NCBI GenBank assembly: GCA_041391365.1
Contig: JAWKOC010000003.1
Location: 261,586-325,585 of the forward strand
DNA: 64,000 nucleotides
Source: Bdellovibrionota bacterium
Lineage (GTDB): Bacteria; Bdellovibrionota_G; JALEGL01; JAGRMV01
Direction: 5' to 3'
This document shows positions 49,746 to 58,252 of this stretch, piece after piece (the stretch's first letter is position 1; each line of letters opens with the position of its first letter). The position numbers and the translations under genes are program-made. Under the pieces are notes generated by a model. That model ran no database searches, had not been told where the DNA came from, and saw only the letters and a list, made by a program, of their open reading frames with translations.

Positions 49746-50226
49746 GCTGATACTCCTCAATGTTCGACACAAAGTGATCCACAAATTGTTTGTGGTCTTG
49801 TTCTGTAAACGTTTTTTTCAATTCGACTTTGCTTTTTTCAATGGCTTTGCTCAAAAGTTGTTTTTGCAATTCTCGAGAGGCAAATTGTTTTTCTCTCTCG
49901 GCGGCTCGCTGTGCGTTTTCGATGATCTGCGCAGCTTGTGTTGTGGCGCGGGCCACAATGGTTTGTTTTTGTTTTTCGCCTTCGAGTTTGGCTCGTTGGA
50001 AAATTTCTTCGACTTCTTTTTCGAGCATATGAAGTTTGGTCTCGACTTCGGAGAGTCTGGTTTCGGCTTGCATGCGAAGCTCTTCACTCTGTTTCAAATT
50101 TTCTTCGATGTCTTTTTTTCTCTGCTGTAGATTTTCGGATACAGATTTTCTCATCAAAAAAAACATAAGGCCAATCAAGACCAAGAGGTTCACTAGCGGT
50201 GCGATCAGTGTTTCCAAACCGTGCAT
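49732..50226 (-). CDS. atpF: Fo ATP synthase subunit b
   Basis: Single N-terminal TM helix then a long charged coiled coil. Position between b' and delta. Confidence 0.85.
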
Positions 50227-50227
50227 G

Positions 50228-50806
50228 TTATTTGGCCCTCGTCACGTTGGAATTGGAACTGAGATTTTTTCGGGCCGATGCACCTGGTTGGGCATGTCCA
50301 AGCACGCGCTCCACCAACAGAGTTTGAATCGGATCAATGTACTGATCCAACGTGGACTGAACCTGGGCCACATCACTCTCCAATTGTTGTTTTTCTTTGG
50401 CCAATTGCCCAGCAGCTTTTTCTCGGGCCTGATCGAGGGATTTTTTTTCTTCATCTTCGGCTTGCATGATGATTTCTTCCCGCTGCTTTGCCGCGCGGAG
50501 TTTCGCGTCTGAAATGCGCTGCTGATACATGTCCCATTTTTCTTGGCTGAGCAGCTGGTTTTTTTGTGCCCATTTTCGTTTTCCTTCGGTTTGGGCATCT
50601 CGCTCTTCGGCCGTTCGAATGTAAGGTTCAAAAACAAAGACTTGTAGGATCCAAAGCAGGCCCAAAAACAAAAGCCCTTGGTACAAGTATCCATGAGGAG
50701 CTTCCAATCCGATGGCTTTCCAAAACCCAACCACAGGAAGAAGCAGAGCCACGGCTGTGAAGATCGCCGCAAAGACAAAGATGTACAGAGTCGAATGTGA
50801 TTTCAT
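50228..50806 (-). CDS. Fo ATP synthase subunit b'-like
   Basis: Hydrophobic N-terminus plus charged coiled coil (AEERDAQTEGKRKWAQ...), immediately upstream of atpF. Confidence 0.7.
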   Translation of the reverse strand: MKSHSTLYIFVFAAIFTAVALLLPVVGFWKAIGLEAPHGYLYQGLLFLGLLWILQVFVFEPYIRTAEERDAQTEGKRKWAQKNQLLSQEKWDMYQQRISDAKLRAAKQREEIIMQAEDEEKKSLDQAREKAAGQLAKEKQQLESDVAQVQSTLDQYIDPIQTLLVERVLGHAQPGASARKNLSSNSNVTRAK

Positions 50807-50808
50807 GC

Positions 50809-51300
50809 TTAGGCTTGATGAGTGGCGGTTTTGGTTTTTTCCGCGGTATCAAAAGACGTTGGTTTTGTGGTCCCTGCGGTTTTGGTTTGGCCTTTGCCCA
50901 TCGTGCAGTGCCCATCGAAGGTGACTCCGTCTTCGATCACCAAAGATGGCGTAGCAATGTCGGCCTGAACCACTGCATTTTTATGCAGCTCAACACGATT
51001 TTTGGCCTTGATGTTGCCGGTGAAAATGCCAGAAATAGAAACTGATCCCACGACGATGTCTCCTTCGACTCGGCCACTTTCGCCTATGACCATATGAGCC
51101 TCAGAGTGAATCTGGCCTTTGAAGGTGCCGTCGATCCGGACCGTGCCTTCAAACGTGAGTTTTCCCTCAAATTCGCTGCCTCGATCCAGAATGGCGTTGA
51201 AACCGCCCACCTGAGTGCTGGCTCGGCCGTTGGTGGCCACAGCACTGGGGGTTACCGTATGATTGGTGGTTTCGGAACGATCGCTTTTTAAGATTCCCAT
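50809..51300 (-). CDS. Bactofilin (DUF583 polymer-forming cytoskeletal protein)
   Basis: Beta-helical repeat text FEGKLTFEGTVRIDGTFKGQIHSEAHMVIGESGRVEGDIVVGSVSISGIFTGNIKAKNRVELHKNAVVQADI. Stop is 2 nt before the b' start. Confidence 0.9.
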   Translation of the reverse strand: MGILKSDRSETTNHTVTPSAVATNGRASTQVGGFNAILDRGSEFEGKLTFEGTVRIDGTFKGQIHSEAHMVIGESGRVEGDIVVGSVSISGIFTGNIKAKNRVELHKNAVVQADIATPSLVIEDGVTFDGHCTMGKGQTKTAGTTKPTSFDTAEKTKTATHQA

Positions 51301-51556
51301 GGGTTTTTCTCCTTATATATATGAGGTGCAATGGCGCGCAGATACATCCCCATACAGCTATGCCGGAAGTATAAAATTCGCCCCCAACTGTCAAGGAAAG
51401 AGTGTTTGAATCCCTCGGAAATGCCCTTTTGCTGCACCGCTCATCGCGATGTGTTTTTTTGGAGCACCCACGCCCGTGATCTGAAAAAACATCGTCTTTG
51501 ACTTGACGTGGCGCAGTCAAATGTTTTACAACCAGGTTCTTTGCAAGGGGGAAAAC

Positions 51557-52366
51557 ATGAAAAACATTTCTATGATCGTTCTGATGTGGGCGTGGCTTGT
51601 GGCGGGGTCATCTTCGGTGGCCTTTGGCCAGGGTTGGTTTGCCAACGCTGAAAAAAGCCTCGCGGCCAAGGTAAGCATCGAGAAAGATCAGTTTTTTGGC
51701 TCGGTGCTATTTTATAAACTTGAAAACGGTGAAATTCAAGACCAGAACCAAGCTACACTCTTTTTGGTCAGAGAGGACATCAACAAACCCGTGTTCCAAG
51801 TCTCAAGTTTTATGGTCAAGCAAAATGCTTCCCCTGAGACGAGGGCTTTGAATTTTGCGACCGAGGTGATTCTCGGAAAAAAAACCCTGATACTGAGCAA
51901 TCCACAGAACATTACTGCTCAAGGCTGGAATTCGATCGAAGAACCTGCTCTGCAGGGAGGAGATCTGGCGAACTTGGTCGAAAACGACCTCTTTTCTAGC
52001 TTCTATGTGATCACAAACGATACAGATTCTCGAAAAAAAGGTTCTGCACAGGAGTGTGGGAACTTTTTTGAACAGGCCAATCAGTGGATTCGTGATCATG
52101 TGGAATCGATTTGGATTTCTCCAGACTCGACCACAGTGATGGTGCACAAAGAACATGCCGATCGAGCGTATAGTTTTTTCAAACCGCAGGGCCGGGGCAT
52201 TTTGTTTGAATTGGATGCATCGGTGGCCACATCCTTGGGGTGGAAAGTGGTTCTCCATTTTGAAGAATCCGAGCCCGGAGCCTACGAATATGTTTCGATT
52301 GGAATTGGAGACGGCGCTTCCTGCAGCTTGATCACCAAGCATTCCATTCAATGGATGAAAAACTAA
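51557..52366 (+). CDS. Hypothetical secreted protein
   Basis: AAGGGGGA RBS. Signal peptide MKNISMIVLMWAWLVAGSSSVAFGQ. No domain recognised. Confidence 0.6.
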   Translation: MKNISMIVLMWAWLVAGSSSVAFGQGWFANAEKSLAAKVSIEKDQFFGSVLFYKLENGEIQDQNQATLFLVREDINKPVFQVSSFMVKQNASPETRALNFATEVILGKKTLILSNPQNITAQGWNSIEEPALQGGDLANLVENDLFSSFYVITNDTDSRKKGSAQECGNFFEQANQWIRDHVESIWISPDSTTVMVHKEHADRAYSFFKPQGRGILFELDASVATSLGWKVVLHFEESEPGAYEYVSIGIGDGASCSLITKHSIQWMKN

Positions 52367-52391
52367 TTTTTGGGTTGAAGGGGGAAATCAC

Positions 52392-53396
52392 ATGAAAAAA
52401 ATCATCACACTTTGTTTGTTGGGGATGGTGGGCACGGGATCTTGGGCCGAAGCTCAAGATTCACAAACTCCGTGGTTTATCTCGGGAACCAGCGAGTCAT
52501 CATCGAATGTGGAACGCTACGTAGCACAATGGGAAATCAAAGAAGAGGGAAACATGTTGACCGTTCAACTCTACAAAGTTCTTCCCACACAACCCGGTCA
52601 AGGAGAAGATGATTTGTGGATCGACGATCAGATTCAAAAATGTTTTTTCTATGGCCGACGCGTGGAGGACAAATATGTCATTGAGCAGGGCTTTCAGCAT
52701 GACTTTGCAAAAGAACATTTGATCTGCAACCCCTCATGGGCCACCGTGGAGGACGATCAGATGGTATTGGAATACGACACCTTTGGTTCCAAGAAAATTG
52801 TGTTTGAGCTCTTGAACGACAAAACCATTGTGCCATCATCAAGCAAGGTTCCGTTGAATTCTGCACAGGCTCGTGTGATTGCACCTAGCACGGAATTTGA
52901 AATGGGTGGTCTGAGCGCATTGAAAACGGCAACGTATGATCTTGAACCCGGGGGAACCGTTCACTATGAGATGGTCAATGCAGAAGGGGAGTTGATCAGC
53001 CCGTTGTCGCGAGATGAGATCATGAAAGAAAGTGATCAATCTTTGTGGGGCGATTGCCGATCTTTTCATGTTCACGCGACTGCGGCCATGAGCAGGATCA
53101 AGGCCGTGACCGTCCTGCATGCAGATAGGCAATTGATTCCACTGGACCGCCAGGGCAATCCTGTTTTGCCCAAGGGAAATACTCTCAAAAAAAATCAGGA
53201 CATGTATGAGGTTACACTCACATTTGGGTATGTTGACGGAGATATGCGTTTTTCTTTTGAGAACACCACGCTTCGGGCGGTGTTGAGTGCAGGTAGTGGA
53301 AAAAATCGTAGCCAATGGTCGATGGAGGCTCAGCTTCCCAAAGGCCAGCTTTGCAAGACTGTGGTGGAATCTTCGTATCAGTTGAGAAGTGAATGA
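52392..53396 (+). CDS. Hypothetical secreted protein
   Basis: GAAGGGGGA RBS. Signal peptide MKKIITLCLLGMVGTGSWAEAQ. No domain recognised. Confidence 0.6.
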   Translation: MKKIITLCLLGMVGTGSWAEAQDSQTPWFISGTSESSSNVERYVAQWEIKEEGNMLTVQLYKVLPTQPGQGEDDLWIDDQIQKCFFYGRRVEDKYVIEQGFQHDFAKEHLICNPSWATVEDDQMVLEYDTFGSKKIVFELLNDKTIVPSSSKVPLNSAQARVIAPSTEFEMGGLSALKTATYDLEPGGTVHYEMVNAEGELISPLSRDEIMKESDQSLWGDCRSFHVHATAAMSRIKAVTVLHADRQLIPLDRQGNPVLPKGNTLKKNQDMYEVTLTFGYVDGDMRFSFENTTLRAVLSAGSGKNRSQWSMEAQLPKGQLCKTVVESSYQLRSE

Positions 53397-53456
53397 TTTT
53401 TTTCACCTCCGTTCACAAACGTGACGATGAGCTGAAAATCGTTTAGTCTTGACTCC

Positions 53457-54389
53457 ATGACAAAAATTCTTCGGGTGATCGGGCTGGGGCTCGTCTGCGT
53501 TTTTATCAACCTAAACCCGGCATGGGCCTGTGAACCCAAAGCATTTTCCATTGTTTGTTTGGAGGAAGAGCAGTTTTTTTCGATTCATGAATTGGATGAA
53601 GCAAAAAAAGAAATTTGGGTAGACTATTGGTTGAAACCCCTCGCACATCGATTGTTTGAGGAGAAAAAAGACACCCCAGAAATTTCTCCCACGATTTGCA
53701 GGCCCGTCAAAGAACTTCCACAAGCTTATCTATGCATTAGCGCTCGGCAAATGGATCAAAATAAATTGTTTTCTCGAATGTCGATCTTTTCCGAAGGGAC
53801 CAAAAGGATTTCGGCAGGCACACTCGTCACTCTAGATCACCCGGCATATCGAATGTACTCCCAGGCCGTGGGGGGTCATGATTTGCGGGCGCAGGCCTTG
53901 CTGGATTTTTTTGCTGAGGCAAAAGCAAAGAAAATGGTACTTTCAAAAAGGGAAAAGTCTTTCGACGAGAATGTTCTGCAGCCTTTGGAAAAAAAATATG
54001 ACAGCTCCTCCTGCTGCTATCAAATGAGTCGCTCTCCGGATGTGTGGAAAAGCCCATCCCCTTTCTCTGTGATCACTGCCTCGGCACAAGGTTATTTGGA
54101 TTTTACTACAGTGGTGAGTCATGAGCTATTGCATGCACAATTTTACCTCAACCCAAAACTCCGGGATCTCCTGCGAAACTATTGGAGCGAGAAAATGAGT
54201 GAGGAGGACAAAGATCTTGTCCGCACTGAACTCGATAACAAAGGCTACAACAAAGACGATGAATACGTAATGATCAAAGAGTTTTACTCCTACTTATTCC
54301 AAAGTGGTAGCGATAGGGGTCCCTTCCAAAAGGTTTTCCCCAAACATCGTAAGGCAATTGATAAGCTGCAAAGAAGGCATAAAATATAA
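53457..54389 (+). CDS. Secreted protein with a single HExxH motif (putative metallopeptidase)
   Basis: Signal peptide ...VFINLNPAWAC. VVSHELLHAQFY contains HExxH. No other family signature recognised. Confidence 0.55.
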   Translation: MTKILRVIGLGLVCVFINLNPAWACEPKAFSIVCLEEEQFFSIHELDEAKKEIWVDYWLKPLAHRLFEEKKDTPEISPTICRPVKELPQAYLCISARQMDQNKLFSRMSIFSEGTKRISAGTLVTLDHPAYRMYSQAVGGHDLRAQALLDFFAEAKAKKMVLSKREKSFDENVLQPLEKKYDSSSCCYQMSRSPDVWKSPSPFSVITASAQGYLDFTTVVSHELLHAQFYLNPKLRDLLRNYWSEKMSEEDKDLVRTELDNKGYNKDDEYVMIKEFYSYLFQSGSDRGPFQKVFPKHRKAIDKLQRRHKI

Positions 54390-54465
54390 ATATTTTGATG
54401 ATTTTCCGCGATTCTGATTCTTGACAAGCTAAAATAGAAATTAAAAAATTCATTATTTTAGCGAT

Positions 54466-55200
54466 TTGGTGCAGCACAGATTGGATTTTTCTTGTGGACA
54501 GATTTTTCGGTCTTTGCAGAAGATCTATGACTGGAACTCTGCTTTGTTTCATTTTAAACCTCTTGACCATTATGATGGTCAACTTGTTTTCAAGATCTCA
54601 CGAGATTCTGATTTTTCATCACATTTTTTCAGATTTACTATCATTTCTCGATATGTTTATAGGGAAACGGGATATACAGCAGATCCTTATATCCTGCAGG
54701 GTTGGGGGATCCCTGAGAAAAAATCTAGCGATCTCACTAAGTTTTGTTTGCGTTATTTATTTTTGTATCGATTATCTCATCAAAATATTCCCACAGATGA
54801 ATTTGCCATGAGAACGATAACGAAGGTAGATAATTATACGGAATTGGTTCGAGAGAGCTTGGCTCCTTATCAAGAATTTTCAGCGTATTGCCGGTCATGT
54901 CAAAAAGACTCTTGGTTTTTTGAAGGGTCTTTTGCATTCAAACATAATACCCCTATGTGGAATGAATTATCCTGGGGTAGTATTGAGTCGATGGCTTCGT
55001 TAATCGCACTGCTATTGACCGAAGACGATAATGATCAAAATAAGATCGATGCACAAAAACAAGTCATTGAAGCCATCAATCATCCGAAACGGGCGTGGAG
55101 AAACAAAACAAGAAGATTATTTAAACAGTTTTATGACGATGAACTCCTGCCTTATTCAACATATCAAGATATTAAAAATGTCGAAGAAGATACAAAGTAA
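54466..55200 (+). CDS. Hypothetical protein in AT-rich segment (start uncertain)
   Basis: 244-codon open frame beginning at TTG/GTG. First in-frame ATG is about 115 codons in. No signal peptide and no domain recognised. Confidence 0.4.
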   Translation: MVQHRLDFSCGQIFRSLQKIYDWNSALFHFKPLDHYDGQLVFKISRDSDFSSHFFRFTIISRYVYRETGYTADPYILQGWGIPEKKSSDLTKFCLRYLFLYRLSHQNIPTDEFAMRTITKVDNYTELVRESLAPYQEFSAYCRSCQKDSWFFEGSFAFKHNTPMWNELSWGSIESMASLIALLLTEDDNDQNKIDAQKQVIEAINHPKRAWRNKTRRLFKQFYDDELLPYSTYQDIKNVEEDTK

Positions 55201-55233
55201 GTCTTTTTTGGAAATTTCTTAAAAATCAAGAAT

Positions 55234-55497
55234 TCATGTTTTACTAAGGATTTTTTCCAAAAACTTTTGATGGTGTTGTGTGAGACGGGCACCTCTGGTT
55301 ACTTTGTAAATGCTGACCTTTTGATCTTGGGCAATTTGTCTTTGAGGTTTGTTTTGTAGCAAATCCGTCAGTATTTTGATTCGATTTTCGATGTCGTTTT
55401 TTTCTTTGGGACTGAGGAGAATATCGAGGTATTGATCTAGGTCTTTTTCTTTTTTGGCTGCGTTTTTTAGGGTTTTGGTCAAAATATTGGGTTTCAT
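55234..55497 (-). CDS. TrpR/YerC-family helix-turn-helix repressor
   Basis: LDILLSPKEKNDIENRIKILTDLLQNKPQRQIAQDQKVSIYKVTRGAR aligns by eye with E. coli TrpR [50 protein letters not shown]. Confidence 0.8.
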   Translation of the reverse strand: MKPNILTKTLKNAAKKEKDLDQYLDILLSPKEKNDIENRIKILTDLLQNKPQRQIAQDQKVSIYKVTRGARLTQHHQKFLEKILSKT

Positions 55498-55547
55498 TGA
55501 AATTTGATTCTATCATTTTTTTGAATATAACGCTTGCAATCCATAAT

Positions 55548-55571
55548 GTACTGATGTATCAGTACATCAGT
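55548..55571. promoter_or_regulatory. Overlapping palindromes, candidate TrpR-family operator
   Basis: GTACTGATGTATCAGTACATCAGT contains GTACTGAT-GT-ATCAGTAC (8-2-8) and GATGTA-TCAG-TACATC (6-4-6). Lies 51-74 nt upstream of the TrpR-like start, in the divergent intergenic region. Confidence 0.5.
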
Positions 55572-55697
55572 TTATGAGTTATTGCTCCCAGCATCTGTAT
55601 TTCTGCAAAGTATGGCGCTTTCGCGCCTCATAAATTTCTTTCTATTTCTATTTTACTTATTTTTATTTTTTATGCCTTTTAAGGCAGGAGATACATC

Positions 55698-56522
55698 ATG
55701 AAATTTTCACTATACACACGTTATTTTTTGGGATTTTTTATTCTTTTTTCGGATCCATTGTTAGCTCAACAGCCGTGTTTGGAATCAAAGGATATGGAAA
55801 TTGCAGTGCAGGAATACAACAAGAAAAAACAACAGGAAGGAAAAGAAACCTTTTTCTCAACAGTTTGTTCAGACCCAGATCAACTTCAAGTAGAGGCGCT
55901 GTCTCAGATGGAAGATTTGGTGCATCTTTCCATTGATTGTGATGAGGAAAAGATTTTCTTCACCAGCGACAAAAAAAACATTCCTTTGTTTCGAGGACCC
56001 AATGTACCGGACCGTCATCCATACATGAAAATTTTTCCGATAAAGTCCAAAGTGAATGAATGCAAGATTTTTTCTTATGGTGAAGACAAGGTGATTTGCA
56101 GCTATATTGAAACCCCCGAAGACGATGAATACACTGATTTGTATTCGGATCTAAAATACACTTTGGATTACTTTTATAAAGAAGGTCGGTTGCTGATGAG
56201 AATTCGGTCGGGACTGCCCCGCAAAGAACTTCTATATCCTCATACCGATTTTCACCTCCGAGAGGACTACTATGAAACCAGCTTTGCCAAAGAGTTGGAA
56301 CAAACGTATGAGGTTCAAAAAAATCAATATGATCTTGTTTTTTACGAAGTACCCTATGGTTCGTTTGATCCTGAAAAGTATCTTCATGTCAAAGGCAGCG
56401 TGATGGGCGTAGCCATTGTTGGAAGGTTTTACCTAGGCGATCAGATATCCATTCCTGTGAAAGATAAAAATCAATCGATTGTCATCACGAGAAATCAGAA
56501 GGTCTACCTCGTCCGAAGATAA
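55698..56522 (+). CDS. Hypothetical secreted protein
   Basis: RBS AAGGCAGGAG. Signal peptide MKFSLYTRYFLGFFILFSDPLLAQ. No domain recognised. Confidence 0.6.
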   Translation: MKFSLYTRYFLGFFILFSDPLLAQQPCLESKDMEIAVQEYNKKKQQEGKETFFSTVCSDPDQLQVEALSQMEDLVHLSIDCDEEKIFFTSDKKNIPLFRGPNVPDRHPYMKIFPIKSKVNECKIFSYGEDKVICSYIETPEDDEYTDLYSDLKYTLDYFYKEGRLLMRIRSGLPRKELLYPHTDFHLREDYYETSFAKELEQTYEVQKNQYDLVFYEVPYGSFDPEKYLHVKGSVMGVAIVGRFYLGDQISIPVKDKNQSIVITRNQKVYLVRR

Positions 56523-56690
56523 TGTAGTCATTATTGTCTGTCTATGGGGTGCGGAAAGAGGAGCCTCTTCTTTCCGCATTCATGGATTTATAACAGCCCT
56601 CAAACGACAAAAACGCGAAAACATCCCTGTGTTTCGATGGTGAAGGATCATGAAAAATCATTGGAAGCTTTGGTGAAAATTTCATAGTCT

Positions 56691-57308
56691 GTGCATGATA
56701 TGCAAAAACCTTTTTCCGAAAGCTGTGAGCGAAATCAACAACCGATTTTTGAGGTGCTGAAACACTACATCGATTCTCAGGAGCGTCTTTTTGAGATTGC
56801 TTCGGGAACGGGGCAACATGCCGTGTTTCTGGCCAAAAAATTTCCCAACCTGACGTGGACCTGCTCGGATGTAGCTGCGAAGCATTTGGGGATACGGATG
56901 TGGATCAAAGAATCCAAACTGCACAACATCGAAGGTCCTCTTCGTTTTCAGGTAGGCGTTGATTCATTTCCCCATCAGCATCGATACCCCCTGGTATTCA
57001 CGGCCAATTCCTTTCACATTTTGCCATGGAAAAAAGTAAAGACTTTGATCAAAACCTTGGGGAAGTATTTGCAAAGCCAGGCCTTGGTTTTTGTTTATGG
57101 TCCCATGAATTATGGTGGAGCCTACAGCTCACCCAGCAATGAAGCTTTTGATCGCTGGCTCAAAGAGCAGCACCCTGAGCAAGGGATTCGAAATGCAGAG
57201 GATGTGGATCGATCTTTTGCCAAAGCGGGCTTTGCATTGGTCGAAGACCACGTCATGCCCGCCAACAACCGCATGCTGGTTTATCGGAAACAACCTCGCC
57301 CAACGTAA
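56691..57308 (+). CDS. DUF938 family protein (SAM-methyltransferase-like fold)
   Basis: SCERNQQPIFEVLKHY and EIASGTGQHAVFLAKKFPNLTWTCSD match the DUF938 N-terminal pattern. Confidence 0.8.
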   Translation: MHDMQKPFSESCERNQQPIFEVLKHYIDSQERLFEIASGTGQHAVFLAKKFPNLTWTCSDVAAKHLGIRMWIKESKLHNIEGPLRFQVGVDSFPHQHRYPLVFTANSFHILPWKKVKTLIKTLGKYLQSQALVFVYGPMNYGGAYSSPSNEAFDRWLKEQHPEQGIRNAEDVDRSFAKAGFALVEDHVMPANNRMLVYRKQPRPT

Positions 57309-57327
57309 TTGGAAGAAAAAACGTTTG

Positions 57328-58252
57328 TTATCTTAATTTATCAAAAAAGCCCTGTAGCTCGGCGCGAGAAAAATAGCTGATGGTGATTTCGCCTTTTTCG
57401 TTGCCTTTGGGTTTGATGGCGACTTTGGTACCGAGTTTGCGTTGCAGATTTTCCTGAAAGTTACGCAGAAAATGTCCAAGGATTGGTCTTGTTTTTGCCA
57501 CTGGTTTTTCGATTGGGATTGGCCAATTCATTTTTGACCAGGTTCTCAACCTGACGAACCGAAAGCCCTTCTTCAATCACTCGTATGGCCAAACGTTCCT
57601 GTTTGTTTGGATCACTGGTTCCAAGCAATGCTCGCGCATGGCCCATGCTCATTTTTTTCTCCACAACATAACGTTGAATTTTGGTGGAAAGTTTGAGCAG
57701 ACGAAGCATGTTGGTGACGGTGGATCTTTCTTTGCCCGCCTTTTTGGCAACTTCTTCATGACTGAGTGAAAACTCATTTTGCAATCTCTGATAGGCCAAG
57801 GCTTCTTCGATGGGATCCAAATCCTCTCGTTGCAAGTTTTCAATCAGTGCGATTTCCAATTGCTCTTGATCGGTGGTTGATCTCACGATCACGGGTACGT
57901 TTTTCAATCCCAATTTTTTGCATGCTCGAAATCTGCGCTCTCCTGCGATGAGTTCATAGTGAATGCCCACTCTTCTTGCAATCAAGGGTTGGATCACTCC
58001 ATGCTCTGAAATGGATTTGATCAGATCTTCCATGCCTTCCTCTGAAAAATGCTTTCGCGGTTGACGTGGGTTGACATGGATATCAGAGAGCAAAACGTCT
58101 CTGACCAATGCACTGGTTTCAAAGTGATGCTCTTGCGAAACCGAAGGCACGGGGGATTTTGCCATCGTTGCCGTTGTGGACGTTTGCAGTGGAGTTTGAT
58201 TTTTTTGAGGAATCAAGGAAGAAAGTCCTCGTCCAAGTCTTTTTTCTTTCAT
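57328..58252 (-). pseudogene. parB: parB with apparent frameshift separating the C-terminal dimerisation domain
   Basis: ORF 57461..58252 has ParB N-terminal and HTH text (GERRFRA, LSHEEVAKKAGKERSTVTNMLRLL) and stops after the linker. ORF 57328..57576, in another frame, ends in ParB C-terminal text LQRKLGTKVAIKPKGNEKGEITISYFSRAELQGFF. Confidence 0.85.

Noticed and set aside
54494-54811. 105-aa hydrophobic-looking ORF overlapping the 244-codon frame
   Set aside because: It lies in AT-rich DNA, where spurious Phe/Leu/Ile-rich frames are common. It has no RBS and sits in an alternative frame of a longer ORF.
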